From positions 91,692 to 155,691 of the forward strand of contig JANQNR010000010.1 in assembly GCA_028279475.1 (NCBI GenBank): a stretch of 64,000 nt of DNA, in the 5' to 3' direction. Each line of letters begins with the position of its first letter. Within the stretch, counting starts at the first letter, position 1. This DNA comes from Rickettsiales bacterium. Its GTDB lineage: Bacteria > Pseudomonadota > Alphaproteobacteria > Rickettsiales > UBA998. The notes beneath the pieces are model-generated. The model had not been told where the DNA came from and ran no database searches. It saw nothing but the letters and a program-made list of their open reading frames with translations. This document shows, in pieces, positions 17,078-27,084 of the stretch. Position numbers and translations under genes: made by a program.

Positions 17078-17158
17078 CGTCATACCGGCGGAGGCCGGTA
17101 TCTGGTGCAGTGGTAATGGGTAGTCATTGGAGACCCCGGCCTACGCCGGGGTGACGCG
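17078..17158. repeat. REP-like double stem-loop element, family D copy 1
   Basis: cgtcataccggcgGaggccggtatct ... gagaccccggcctacgccggggtgacgcg. The second copy at 20530-20591 has the same two hairpins and a shorter spacer. Confidence 0.65.
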
Positions 17159-17213
17159 TAACTATGAAGCACTATTCCTTGCGGATATGCGCTACTCCCA
17201 TTATAGTCACGCC

Positions 17214-17999
17214 ATGAATACACCCACCACCTCCACCGCCAACTGGATTGGCATCTGGACCGTCTATCGCCGCGAAGTATGGCGCTTCGCCAAGGTCTGG
17301 AACCAGACCGTGATCGCGCCGGTCATCACCACACTGCTGTTTCTCGCCGTACTGACCCTGGCGCTGGGGGGCAGCTCGCGCGAGGTGGCCGGGATGCCGT
17401 TCAACGAATTCGTCGCGCCCGGACTGATCATGATGGCCGTGGTACAGAACGCCTTTGCCAATTCCTCCTCCTCACTGATGCTGGGCAAGATTCAGGGGGT
17501 GATTATCGACCTGCTGATGCCACCGCTTAAGGGCTGGGAGGTGACGCTGGGATTCGTCGCCGGGGGCGTTACGCGCGGCCTGCTGGTCGGCCTGACCGTC
17601 ATGGCGGCGGTGTATTATTTCGTGCCATTTTCCATCCATAACCCGGCACTCGCACTGTTTTATGTTGTTACCTCCAGCATCATGCTGGCGCTGCTCGGTA
17701 TGCTCGGCGGTGTCTATGCGCAGGGCTTTGACCAGCTCTCCGCCTTTACCAACTATATCGTTACGCCGCTATCGTTCCTGTCCGGCACGTTCTATTCCAT
17801 CCATTATCTGCCGGAATTCTGGCAGCAGGTCAGTCATTACAACCCGTTCTTTTACATGATTGACGGTTTCCGTTTCGCCATGACCGGCTATGCCGACGGT
17901 GACGTGATGCGCGGGGCATTGCTGATGGTCATCACCAATATCGCCTTGTGGACGCTGGTGCAGCATCTGTTTGCCAAGGGCTGGCGCTTGCGCAGCTAA
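17214..17999 (+). CDS. ABC-2 type transporter permease (YadH-like)
   Basis: Six predicted TM segments, with WTVYRREVWRFAKVWNQTVIAPVITTLLFL at the N-terminus and NPFFYMIDGFR near the C-terminus. The start is placed at MNTPTT because the longer ORF-track N-terminus is encoded by repeat D1. Confidence 0.8.
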   Translation: MNTPTTSTANWIGIWTVYRREVWRFAKVWNQTVIAPVITTLLFLAVLTLALGGSSREVAGMPFNEFVAPGLIMMAVVQNAFANSSSSLMLGKIQGVIIDLLMPPLKGWEVTLGFVAGGVTRGLLVGLTVMAAVYYFVPFSIHNPALALFYVVTSSIMLALLGMLGGVYAQGFDQLSAFTNYIVTPLSFLSGTFYSIHYLPEFWQQVSHYNPFFYMIDGFRFAMTGYADGDVMRGALLMVITNIALWTLVQHLFAKGWRLRS

Positions 18000-18050
18000 T
18001 GCCAGACGAAGCAACATGACAATTCTGGCACCTCCTGCCATAATCATGCT

Positions 18051-18989
18051 ATGAAACACCTCCTCATCACCGGCGCGAATGGCTTTATCGGCTCGCATCT
18101 GTGCCCGGCATTGCAGGCGCATGGCTACCGAATCACGCAGGCGGTGCGGCGCCTGCCCGATGCACCGATGCAGGACATGCATTACGTCGAAACCGGTAAT
18201 CTGGCCACGTTCGACGGGTGGGATGCTGCATTGCAGGGCATCGACACGGTCATTCATCTGGCCGGACGGGCGCACCAGACCAGCCGCGCACACGCACAGG
18301 ATGACGCCGCGTTCACCGAGGCGAACGTAACCGCCACTCGGCGCCTTATCGACGCGTGCGAACGCAATAACATCTCCCGCCTGCTCTTCCTCAGCACCAT
18401 CGCCGTGATGGGTGCAACCTCCGGCGATACGCCGTTCACAGCAACGAATCACAACCCCCAGACCCCCTATGCCCGCAGTAAGGCAGAGGCAGAAGTGGTG
18501 CTGCGCGCCTCTGGACTGGACTGGACCATTATCCGCATTCCACTGGTCTATGGACCGGGCGTCCGTGCCAATTTCCTCTCACTCATGCACACCGTGCAGC
18601 GTGGCCTCCCCCTGCCGCTCGGCTGTGTCCGAAATCGCCGCAGCCTGCTCTATACCGGCAATCTGGTGGACACGTTTGCACAGATTCTCTCCTGTGATGC
18701 ATCCATCCGCCAGACCCTGCTCATCGCCGATCAGGAAACACCGTCGTCTCCTGAACTGATCCGCGCATTGGCCTCGGCGATGGAGCGCCCCGCACGACTG
18801 CTCCCCGTTCCGCTTCCGTTGCTCAAAACTGGCGCGACACTACTCGGACGCCCGGCGCTCTATCATAAACTTTGCGGTAATCTGGTCATGGACTGCACCC
18901 CGTCCTATGACTTGTTAAACTGGCGACCTCTCGTCCCACAGGCGGATGGCTTGCGCGAAACGGCGCAGTGGTTTACACAAACAACATGA
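18051..18989 (+). CDS. NAD-dependent epimerase/dehydratase family protein
   Basis: The Rossmann motif is LITGANGFIGSHL. The catalytic YxxxK lies in PYARSKAEAE. The length is typical of UDP-sugar 4-epimerase-like SDRs. Confidence 0.85.
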   Translation: MKHLLITGANGFIGSHLCPALQAHGYRITQAVRRLPDAPMQDMHYVETGNLATFDGWDAALQGIDTVIHLAGRAHQTSRAHAQDDAAFTEANVTATRRLIDACERNNISRLLFLSTIAVMGATSGDTPFTATNHNPQTPYARSKAEAEVVLRASGLDWTIIRIPLVYGPGVRANFLSLMHTVQRGLPLPLGCVRNRRSLLYTGNLVDTFAQILSCDASIRQTLLIADQETPSSPELIRALASAMERPARLLPVPLPLLKTGATLLGRPALYHKLCGNLVMDCTPSYDLLNWRPLVPQADGLRETAQWFTQTT

Positions 18990-19849
18990 GAATTGCATAT
19001 GTCAATGGCAGTTATGTACCCTACCATCAGGCCGTGGTGCCGATGGAGGATCGCGGCTACCAATTCGCCGACGGCATCTATGAAGTAATGATGTTCTATG
19101 GGCGACGGTTTTTGGACTGGGACTTACACCTTGAACGCCTGCACCGCTCACTGGATGCACTGAACATTCCAGCACCGATGTCCGATAAGGCGCTAGCGCT
19201 GGTGGCGCGGGAACTGCTCGCCCGTAACCCCTATCCCGACGGGTATCTGTATCTGCAAATTACGCGAGGTGCGGCGCAACGCTCTCATACCTACAACAAC
19301 CCGTTGTCACCATTCTTGACCCTGTCAGTGATGCCGCCCAAAAAAGCGGCACCCCATGCCTACACGCAGGGAGTGAAAGTCATCACCCTGCCGGATGAGC
19401 GCTGGGGACGTTGTGATATTAAATCCATTGCCCTGCTGCCCAATATCCTGGCGTTGCAACAGGCCATGCAGGCCGGTGCGGCGGAAGCCTTTCTGTACGA
19501 TACCAATCAGTGCCTCACCGAAGGGACACGCTCCACCGCCTATATCGTCAAGGATGGCGCGGTGCACACCCACCCGGAGAGTCATGCCGTCCTACCCGGC
19601 GTACGTAAAATCATCATCCGGCGACTCTGCCAATTGCTGGACATCCCCTACTGTGAACGTCATATCCCGATGCCGGAGGTGCTGGCGGCAGATGAAGCCT
19701 TCCTGACCAGTGCGACCAGCCATGTCTTGCCGGTCATGCGCATTGACGATACCATGATCGGCGACGGCGCCGCCGGTACGGTCACCACACAACTACTCCA
19801 CGCCTACCGGCAACACGTCACACAACAAACGGGGAAATTATGGGACTGA
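18986..19849 (+). CDS. Class IV aminotransferase, D-amino-acid transaminase-like
   Basis: VNGSYVPYHQAVVPMEDRGYQFADGIYE, HLERL, LQITRG, DIKSIALLPN and EGTRSTAYIV follow the Dat/IlvE fold-type IV pattern. Confidence 0.8.
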   Translation: MRIAYVNGSYVPYHQAVVPMEDRGYQFADGIYEVMMFYGRRFLDWDLHLERLHRSLDALNIPAPMSDKALALVARELLARNPYPDGYLYLQITRGAAQRSHTYNNPLSPFLTLSVMPPKKAAPHAYTQGVKVITLPDERWGRCDIKSIALLPNILALQQAMQAGAAEAFLYDTNQCLTEGTRSTAYIVKDGAVHTHPESHAVLPGVRKIIIRRLCQLLDIPYCERHIPMPEVLAADEAFLTSATSHVLPVMRIDDTMIGDGAAGTVTTQLLHAYRQHVTQQTGKLWD

Positions 19850-20499
19850 CACCACCCAAAGCCATTCTATTCGACTGGGATAACACGCTGGTTGATACCT
19901 GGCCAATCATCTATCAGGCATTGCACGACACGATGGTGGCCTGGAGTATGGAGCCATGGTCGCTGGAAGAAGTCAAACTGAAGGTCGGCAAATCCCTGCG
20001 CGATGCCTTCCCTGAACTGTTTGCCGAGGACTGGGAGCGCGCCGGCGAGTATTACATGCAGCGCTACCGCAGCTATAATCTGGAACGATTAGAAGCGCTG
20101 CCTGATGTGCTACCGGTGCTGGAACATGTACAACAATCCCACCCGTTCATCGGCGTGGTCAGCAATAAACGCGGCGATAATCTGCGCACCGAGGTCGGGC
20201 ATATTGGCTGGGAACCCTATTTCGATGTGCTCGTCGGCGCCGGAGACGCCACCCGTGACAAACCACATCCCGATCCGGCACTACTGGCGCTAGACGGAAC
20301 GGACATTTCGGCAGGTGAGGACGTCTGGTTCGTCGGCGATACCATCACCGACCTGGAATGCGCCCAGGCTGCCGGTATGACGGCCATCCTATATGGTGAC
20401 GTGCCCGTTGATTCGGACAATCTCTATCGCGGCTTTCCCTTTGCTCACCATACACGCAATCACACGGAACTCCTTGCATTATTACGAGGATATACCTAA
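19840..20499 (+). CDS. HAD superfamily hydrolase (phosphoglycolate phosphatase-like)
   Basis: HAD motif I is AILFDWDNTLVDT, motif II GVVSNK and motif IV VGDTITDLECAQAAGM. Confidence 0.8.
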   Translation: MGLTPPKAILFDWDNTLVDTWPIIYQALHDTMVAWSMEPWSLEEVKLKVGKSLRDAFPELFAEDWERAGEYYMQRYRSYNLERLEALPDVLPVLEHVQQSHPFIGVVSNKRGDNLRTEVGHIGWEPYFDVLVGAGDATRDKPHPDPALLALDGTDISAGEDVWFVGDTITDLECAQAAGMTAILYGDVPVDSDNLYRGFPFAHHTRNHTELLALLRGYT

Positions 20500-20529
20500 A
20501 TAGTATTGTAAGATTAAGGATTAAAACCA

Positions 20530-20591
20530 CGTCATACCGGCGAAGGCCGGTATCTAACGCGGCGAGACTCCGACCTACGCCGGAGTGACAC
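20530..20591. repeat. REP-like double stem-loop element, family D copy 2
   Basis: cgtcataccggcgAaggccggtatct aacgcggc gagactccgacctacgccggagtgacac. See copy 1. Confidence 0.65.
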
Positions 20592-20615
20592 ATCAAATAA
20601 TCAAAGGAGACTCGT

Positions 20616-20702
20616 ATGAAACTATATGATTTTGGACTGGTGATTGCCATTGCCGGACTGGCCATGTTCGGTGCAGGCATTGTCGCAGAATATTACCTCT
20701 AG
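20616..20702 (+). CDS. Possible 28-aa hydrophobic peptide
   Basis: The ATG lies 8 nt after aaaggag. The product is MKLYDFGLVIAIAGLAMFGAGIVAEYYL, a single TM helix. Below the ORF-track size cut-off. Confidence 0.35.
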   Translation: MKLYDFGLVIAIAGLAMFGAGIVAEYYL

Positions 20703-21265
20703 AACAACTCAATATCATCACTATCGTCCGATGGATCGTCACCCTTGGCATAATCCTGCGTCAGGGTGTCGTCGGCCAGTCCATGTGCCTGAAACATTTC
20801 CAGCAGCGGCTCCCGGAATTCCTGTAACCTGACACGCTCTAATATAGTACGGCAATAAGGTGCCGCTCCTTTATCAATTGAGAAACTGCCTGTATCACCA
20901 TAAAGTGGCGCCAGTTCTTCTAAAATCTCGCAGGCATTCTCGATATACTGGCTGTTGCGATCCTGAAACTGCATATCCATCACCATCGCCCCGATATGTT
21001 CATGGATACGTTGCATCACCTGCATATGTTCCGTGGTTATTTCCACAACCGCGTGACGCGTTGCCGTATCCGATGAGGCCTGTACGATTGTGTCAATTGA
21101 CGCCATATAACGCTGCTGCATATCAATCGCTTCGGTCAAACCACGAAATTCGGCGCTGAGCTTCAAGGCCGTTTCTTCCACCAGCGTTGCCGCTTTGCGA
21201 AGTTTTTTCTCAATGACCTCAATACAGGCGGTCAACAACAGATGTCGTAGCATTTCCTGCGACAT
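20699..21265 (-). CDS. CheT/CheZ-like candidate CheY-P phosphatase (DxxxQ motif), last gene of the che operon
   Basis: A helical ~188-aa protein with MQFQDRNSQYIEN (compare CheZ QDFQDLTGQ) and the acidic C-terminus DDSDDIELF. The start at MSQEML follows the strong SD aggaggtg. Its position matches cheT/orf10 of the Sinorhizobium che operon. Confidence 0.6.
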   Translation of the reverse strand: MSQEMLRHLLLTACIEVIEKKLRKAATLVEETALKLSAEFRGLTEAIDMQQRYMASIDTIVQASSDTATRHAVVEITTEHMQVMQRIHEHIGAMVMDMQFQDRNSQYIENACEILEELAPLYGDTGSFSIDKGAAPYCRTILERVRLQEFREPLLEMFQAHGLADDTLTQDYAKGDDPSDDSDDIELF

Positions 21266-21290
21266 GGTGTCCACCTCCTGTCTACCTGTC

Positions 21291-22400
21291 TCAGTTGACG
21301 GCTGATTCAATGCGCTCATCTTCCACCTCCTCACATGTATGAATAATGGCCTGCGGCAATGCCTCTAGCGACAATTGCCGCACAACCGCACCACGTTCCT
21401 GCGCTGCTTTCGGCATTCCATAGACCACACAACTGGCTTGGTTCTGCCCAAACGTCATAGCACCGGCTTCCCGCATATTTAAGAGCCCATCTGCTCCATC
21501 CTCTCCCATACCGGTTAAAATCACCCCTATAGCATCTTTCCCCGCTTGCTGTGCCAGTGAATCAAACAGAGTATTCACAGAGGGACGGAATCCATTGACC
21601 GGTTCTTCTTCGTCGAGTTCACACCAATATTGCCCCATTCCTGCTCCCTCCTGACGTTTGATCCTCAGATGATAAAATCCCGGTGCAATATAAACATGTC
21701 CCGGCAGAATTTTCTGATGATGCTGCGCTTCAACCACTTTCATCGCACAGACTTTATCCAGCCGCCTGGCAAAGGAAGCCGTGAATACCGGCGGTGCGTG
21801 CTGGACAATGACAATCGGCGGCATATCACCCGGTAAGGGTTTTAGAACTTCGAGCAATGCTTCTACACCGCCGGTGGATGCCCCTATCCCGATAATCCAG
21901 GGACGAATCGACGCACCGGCACGAAAACGGTAACGTTTTGTTTTGGTTGGGGTGATAGTTGCATGATGAGATGAGTGACACCCTTTCTCAGCTGCAAATT
22001 TGACCTTCTTTGTCAGATCGGTCAATGTATGTTCCCATCCACCTTCCGCTGCACCGGAGGGCTTGGTGACGTAATCCACTGCGCCAGCTGCCAACGCCTC
22101 CACGGTTACATCCGCACCCTGCTCCGTAAGAGCTGATACCATTACCACCGGCATCGGGTGGCGTGCCATTACCTTTTTCAGGAAAGTCACACCATCCATC
22201 ATTGGCATGTTAACATCCAGCGTCAGCACATCTGGATGCAGCCTGGCAATCATCTCGGTCGCTTCGGTAGCATCACCCGCCGTACCCACAACCTTGATGG
22301 CCGGGTTACGGTTCAGCCAGGCACGGAACGTCTGACGAATGAACTGGGAATCGTCAACGATCAGTACCCGGATCAGTGAATTATCGGCCTCCGTACCCAT
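21291..22400 (-). CDS. cheB: Chemotaxis response regulator protein-glutamate methylesterase
   Basis: The receiver domain (RVLIVDDS...DVLTLDVNMPMMDG) is followed by the methylesterase domain (IGASTGG, QHMP-like VQHAPP, GMGEDGA). Confidence 0.95.
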   Translation of the reverse strand: MGTEADNSLIRVLIVDDSQFIRQTFRAWLNRNPAIKVVGTAGDATEATEMIARLHPDVLTLDVNMPMMDGVTFLKKVMARHPMPVVMVSALTEQGADVTVEALAAGAVDYVTKPSGAAEGGWEHTLTDLTKKVKFAAEKGCHSSHHATITPTKTKRYRFRAGASIRPWIIGIGASTGGVEALLEVLKPLPGDMPPIVIVQHAPPVFTASFARRLDKVCAMKVVEAQHHQKILPGHVYIAPGFYHLRIKRQEGAGMGQYWCELDEEEPVNGFRPSVNTLFDSLAQQAGKDAIGVILTGMGEDGADGLLNMREAGAMTFGQNQASCVVYGMPKAAQERGAVVRQLSLEALPQAIIHTCEEVEDERIESAVN

Positions 22401-23011
22401 CAGAACAGATCCACATCTCCGCCAATCGGCTTGTTTGCCAACGTTTCGGCAAAGCGTTTTTCCTCTTCGACAATTTTTTTGTCTTCGCTACGTTGCAGGT
22501 TACGCATCATTACTTTGCCGGTATCGGGGAAGTAATGAATGCGCCTTGGGTACGTGCCGCCCAGATCGGAACTGAGAATCAACAACCCCTCCTTCAAAAG
22601 ATATTCCCGGACAAACTGGATATTCTGACTGCCGATCAGCAGGTTGGAATCAATCACATTACCGCCACCAAATACCTTCACTTCCAGGCGCGATTTCACC
22701 GCCCCCAGTTGCAACAGCCCGTTAATCAGCTGCTCCATGGCGAACGCGCCATAGCGTGCCGCTTCACTGCTATCACTGCGCACATCGCTTTTGGTACGGG
22801 GCAGTAGAAAATGATTCATGCCCCCAACACCGGTCTTCGGATCACGGATACAGGCGGACACACAAGACCCCAGAATCGTCACCAGCATATGCTTCGACTG
22901 ATCCGTGACATAACAATCACCGGAAAACAGTTTGACGATGGTGTGATCTTTCGGCATGTCCCAACCGGATCGGCGGCGTTCCGATTGATGTTGCGGTACT
23001 GCTCCGGCCAT
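22400..23011 (-). CDS. cheD: Chemoreceptor glutamine deamidase
   Basis: LGSCVSACIRDP...GGMNHFLLP...EVKVFGGG is the CheD signature. The stop shares one nt with the cheB start. Confidence 0.9.
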   Translation of the reverse strand: MAGAVPQHQSERRRSGWDMPKDHTIVKLFSGDCYVTDQSKHMLVTILGSCVSACIRDPKTGVGGMNHFLLPRTKSDVRSDSSEAARYGAFAMEQLINGLLQLGAVKSRLEVKVFGGGNVIDSNLLIGSQNIQFVREYLLKEGLLILSSDLGGTYPRRIHYFPDTGKVMMRNLQRSEDKKIVEEEKRFAETLANKPIGGDVDLF

Positions 23012-23842
23012 TTATCCCAACCTCCTGTAGATGGTTCGCCCGGTCAGTTCAAAACTGTCCGATATTTTCCACAGACTTTCCGAATGGCCGATATACAGCC
23101 ACCCTCCTGGCTTCAACAGTTCGGCCATACGCGCAAACAGAGTGCGTTGGGTTTCCTTGTCGAAATAAATCACGACATTACGGCAGAAAATCACATCGAA
23201 CAGTCCCTGCATCGGCCATGGCTCCATCAGGTTCAGCCGCTTGAAAGTTACAAGATGCTTCACGTCTTGAGTCATCTGCATGGTGCCTGCTTCGTGTGAT
23301 TGCACATAACGTTGATAGTCCTTCGGTATCTTCTGACACATCTCTTCTGAATAGATGCCGCGCTGCCCAGTCTCCAGCATGTTGCTGTCAATATCCGTCG
23401 CCAGAATACGACCGTCCCAGCCCTGGTGTCCCTCGAGGGCCTGATGCAGGGTCATGGCGATGGAATAGGGCTCCGCCCCAGACGAACACCCCGCTGACCA
23501 GATACGCAACCGCTTCTTCGCCGGGGGATCAGCAAATAGGGGCGCCAGCACTTCATCACGCAAATGTTCAAAATGATGCAATTCCCTGAAAAAATGGGTT
23601 AAATTGGTCGTCATCGCATTGACAAAATTTGCGATTTCATCCTGCCCATCCTTTCCCTGCAACAGACTGCAATATTCACGGAAATGTTGGAGTCCCAACG
23701 CTCGCAATCGCCGCGCCAGCCGAGAATACACCATGGAGCGCTTATGCTCGGTGAGTACAATCCCGGTGCGTTCCTTGACCATGCTCATCAGAAACTGAAA
23801 ATCATGATCGCTGAACGTAAACTCTTCTGCCTGCTGTGCCAT
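23012..23842 (-). CDS. cheR: Chemotaxis protein methyltransferase
   Basis: FFRE..HF, LRIWSAGCSSGAEPYSIAM, ILATDID and IFCRNVVIYFD are CheR SAM-methyltransferase motifs. The start is placed at MAQQAEE. Confidence 0.9.
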   Translation of the reverse strand: MAQQAEEFTFSDHDFQFLMSMVKERTGIVLTEHKRSMVYSRLARRLRALGLQHFREYCSLLQGKDGQDEIANFVNAMTTNLTHFFRELHHFEHLRDEVLAPLFADPPAKKRLRIWSAGCSSGAEPYSIAMTLHQALEGHQGWDGRILATDIDSNMLETGQRGIYSEEMCQKIPKDYQRYVQSHEAGTMQMTQDVKHLVTFKRLNLMEPWPMQGLFDVIFCRNVVIYFDKETQRTLFARMAELLKPGGWLYIGHSESLWKISDSFELTGRTIYRRLG

Positions 23843-23944
23843 ATGCTTCCCTGATTCACCGCCATGCCGCATCAATACGCTATCCCATTGCAACCTCCTG
23901 CGTCTCACGGGGGCATTGCATACTGAAAATACCTGACCTTGCGT

Positions 23945-26509
23945 TTAAAACTCTTCCCAGCCGACATCATACTCACTACCGACCGCTGCCTTGCCAGCAC
24001 TCGATGCAGCAACTGCCGGCATATGCCCGTTTGCCTTACCATTAGCAACCGTCTTGGGAGTTGAAGTTGGCATTGGCATGACAGTGGCCGTTTCTACGGA
24101 TTGTGTATCACTATCATCAAGTTTGAAGAACGCCATTAGCTTATCCAGCTCTTGCGCCTGATCGAGCAGACTCTGAGCCGCCGCCGTATTCTCCTCCACC
24201 AACGCCGCATTCTGCTGCGTCATCTCGTCCATTTGAGATACGGCGGACGATACCTCATCAATCCCCGCTGCCTGCTCCTTACTGGCCGTAGCGATATCGG
24301 ACACCAATGTGGTGACTTCCCGAACCGAATCAACGATTTCCTTCAATGTCGCACCCGCCTTGTCCGCCAGTTCCACCCCGTTGCGTACCTGTTGACCGGA
24401 GGCTTCAATCAGCGACTTGATTTCCTTGGATGCGGATGCCGAACGTCCAGCCAGTGAACGCACTTCTGACGCCACAACGGCAAACCCTTTTCCAGCCTCA
24501 CCGGCGCGCGCCGCTTCCACGGCAGCATTCAGCGCAAGCAGATTGGTCTGGAAGGCAATCTCATCAATGACACCGATAATGTCAGAAATTTTCTGCGACG
24601 ATTTCTCAATCGAACTCATCGCCTCGACCGTCTGATTCACTACCGCGCCGCCTTCGTCTGCGACCCCACGCGCTTCACCGGCCAGTGAGCTCGCCTGCGT
24701 TGCATTGTCAGAATTTTGCCGCACCGTTCCGGTGAGTTGTTCCATCGACGCCGCCGTCTCCTCCAGCGAACTCGCCTGCTGCTCGGTTCGACCCGACAGA
24801 TCCAGACTACCGGAAGAAATTTCATTCGCTGCCGTCGATACTGACTGCGCGGAAACTTTTACCTTCTGTACGATGGAAATCAGCTTATCAATCGTATCGT
24901 TCAGGGATGATTTAATACCCCCAAACGCACCCTGATAATTATCTTCCATTTTCCTGGTTAACGTACCGTTTGCAACTTCCTGCAATACTGCCATACATTC
25001 TTCCATGCCGCGTTCGTTCTCTTTCTTGACCTGTACCTGCTCGGTCACATCCAACGCATATTTTATCACACTGGTAAATTCGCCGAACGCATCCTGAATC
25101 GGGGTATAGGATGCCTGCAACCACACCTCCTTTCCGTCTTTACGCAATCGGCAAAATTCCCCTGAGATAAATTCGCCCTGTCCTAAACGCTTCCAGAATT
25201 CCGCATACTCTGCCGATTGCGCATAGTCCGGCTTGGCAAACATACGGTGATGCTTGCCCTTAATTTCTTCCAGACTATACCCCATCGTGTTAAGGAAATT
25301 CTCATTGGCGCGCTGTATGTTCCCCTGCATATCAAACTCAATGGTTGCCTGCTCACGTTCAATCGCCTCAATACATCCCTGGAACCGCAGTGCTTTTTCC
25401 TTGGTTTCGGTGACATTTGCCTGAATGGAAATAAACCGCTCCAGGTTACCATCCTTGTCAAGGATTGGATTAATGGACAATGAAATCCAATACGGTGTTC
25501 CATTCTTGTGATAGTTCAGGATTTCATTATAGAATGGCTGCTGCGCTTCGATTTTACGCCGGATCTCCTTCTTGGTTTCCGGATCGGTTGCCGCTCCCTG
25601 AAGGAAATCACCAGGCTTTTTCCCCATAACGTCTTCCGCCTTATACCCGGTCATATTTTCAAAACCGGGGTTGACATATTCAATCCGCTCCTGCGAATCG
25701 GTAATAATCACCGAGTTGTCCGTGTTATTCGCGACCAATGACAGAATCTGTGCCTGTTGACGCTGCCTCACCAATTCTGTCACGTCAGTCGCATATTTCA
25801 CGATACGCACCGGTTGCCCATGATTGTTCAGAATAGGGTTGTAAGATGCCTGAATCCAAACTTCCGAACCATCTTTCCGATAACGCAAAAATTCATCGTT
25901 GAATGTTTCTCCTTTATTCAGACGCTCCCAGAATTCCTGGTACTCTTTGCCTTTGGAAAACTCCGGGGAGACGAACATGCGGTGATGCTGATCCTTGATT
26001 TCCTCCAGTGTATACCCCATCACATCCAGAAAGTTCTGGTTAGCACTGATGATCGAACCGTCCATCTGGAACTGGATCATCGCCTGTGATTTTTCCAGTG
26101 ACGATACCTTGGCGGCATCATCCGCCACCTGCCATTCGACAACGAATCCATCATTATTGCCCTGCTTGTCCGGCATCGGACTAACCACCAGATTGAAGAT
26201 ACGTCCGCCGATCAACAACGTCGTACTGAATGGCTTCGTCAATTCCGCCAGCATACGCCTCTGATGCGCCGGGTTCTTGTGGAACACGTCGATATTCTGC
26301 CCAATCAGGTTATCCACGTTAAAATGTGGCAAATCCTTGCGCAGATCTTCCTGTGCTTCCCCCAGCATCTCGATAATCGCCGGATTCATATAGGTAATAT
26401 TCAAATCCTTGTCCGCCGCCATGACATTGGTGCGTACCATATCCAGTGCTCTGGACTTCCTTTGTTCCAGAGTTTCGACAGGTTTACGTTTGAACAGAAA
26501 ATTAAGCAT
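23945..26509 (-). CDS. Soluble multi-PAS methyl-accepting chemotaxis protein ending in a GWEEF pentapeptide
   Basis: No TM segment is visible. There are at least three or four PAS units, two of which are clear paralogues ([28 protein letters not shown]... and [28 protein letters not shown]...). The MCP signalling domain is [31 protein letters not shown]. The C-terminus is DVGWEEF. Confidence 0.9.
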   Translation of the reverse strand: MLNFLFKRKPVETLEQRKSRALDMVRTNVMAADKDLNITYMNPAIIEMLGEAQEDLRKDLPHFNVDNLIGQNIDVFHKNPAHQRRMLAELTKPFSTTLLIGGRIFNLVVSPMPDKQGNNDGFVVEWQVADDAAKVSSLEKSQAMIQFQMDGSIISANQNFLDVMGYTLEEIKDQHHRMFVSPEFSKGKEYQEFWERLNKGETFNDEFLRYRKDGSEVWIQASYNPILNNHGQPVRIVKYATDVTELVRQRQQAQILSLVANNTDNSVIITDSQERIEYVNPGFENMTGYKAEDVMGKKPGDFLQGAATDPETKKEIRRKIEAQQPFYNEILNYHKNGTPYWISLSINPILDKDGNLERFISIQANVTETKEKALRFQGCIEAIEREQATIEFDMQGNIQRANENFLNTMGYSLEEIKGKHHRMFAKPDYAQSAEYAEFWKRLGQGEFISGEFCRLRKDGKEVWLQASYTPIQDAFGEFTSVIKYALDVTEQVQVKKENERGMEECMAVLQEVANGTLTRKMEDNYQGAFGGIKSSLNDTIDKLISIVQKVKVSAQSVSTAANEISSGSLDLSGRTEQQASSLEETAASMEQLTGTVRQNSDNATQASSLAGEARGVADEGGAVVNQTVEAMSSIEKSSQKISDIIGVIDEIAFQTNLLALNAAVEAARAGEAGKGFAVVASEVRSLAGRSASASKEIKSLIEASGQQVRNGVELADKAGATLKEIVDSVREVTTLVSDIATASKEQAAGIDEVSSAVSQMDEMTQQNAALVEENTAAAQSLLDQAQELDKLMAFFKLDDSDTQSVETATVMPMPTSTPKTVANGKANGHMPAVAASSAGKAAVGSEYDVGWEEF

Positions 26510-27080
26510 GATGCTCCTCCTTGACTGGTTCCTGGTGATTGTTCGCTACCGCCGACTGCACAAGCGCATCGACACTATCGCTACCGATTAATTGTTCCAT
26601 ATCCAGCAGCACGACCATGCGGTCTTCCAAAGCGATCAAACCGTCAATAAAATGCAGATCCTGACGCTGTCCGTCCGTTTCCGGCGCCGGTTTAATATCT
26701 GCCTCATTCACGGTGATAATGTCCGACACCGAATCGGCCAGCACCCCGATAATGCGCTCTCCCACGGCGATAATCACGATGACATGTTTCGGCGTTGCCT
26801 CCGTCAGTTCTCCGGTAAAACGCGTACGCAAGTCAAAAATCGGCAGAATCATGCCACGAAGATTCAGTACACCGCGTACATAAACAGGAGAATTCGGCAG
26901 ACGGGTGGCATCGGTCCACCCTTTCACTTCACGTACCTGCATAATATCAACGCCATATTCCTCATCACCCAGCGTAAACGTCAGGAACTGATGCAGGCTA
27001 TGCGAATCCTGCTCCTGATGGCCAGGATGCATGGTGATGGCTGCGTTTTCATTTATGTTATGTTGTTCTGTTTCCATCAT
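26502..27080 (-). CDS. cheW: Chemotaxis coupling protein CheW
   Basis: [22 protein letters not shown]....P.....[17 protein letters not shown] is the CheW domain pattern. Confidence 0.9.
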   Translation of the reverse strand: MMETEQHNINENAAITMHPGHQEQDSHSLHQFLTFTLGDEEYGVDIMQVREVKGWTDATRLPNSPVYVRGVLNLRGMILPIFDLRTRFTGELTEATPKHVIVIIAVGERIIGVLADSVSDIITVNEADIKPAPETDGQRQDLHFIDGLIALEDRMVVLLDMEQLIGSDSVDALVQSAVANNHQEPVKEEHHA

Positions 27081-27084
27081 CTCC

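Noticed and set aside
17127-17213. Longer N-terminus (METPAYAGVTRNY...) for the ABC-2 permease
   Set aside because: These codons are encoded by REP-like repeat D1. The conserved permease sequence begins after MNTPTT.
18022-18036. Sigma-54-like promoter (ctGGcacctcctGCc) upstream of the epimerase gene
   Set aside because: The GG-to-GC spacing is two nt too short for the TGGCAC-N5-TTGC consensus and the -12 element is poor. Other TGGCAC occurrences (2415, 3375, 8335) lack a -12 TTGC altogether.
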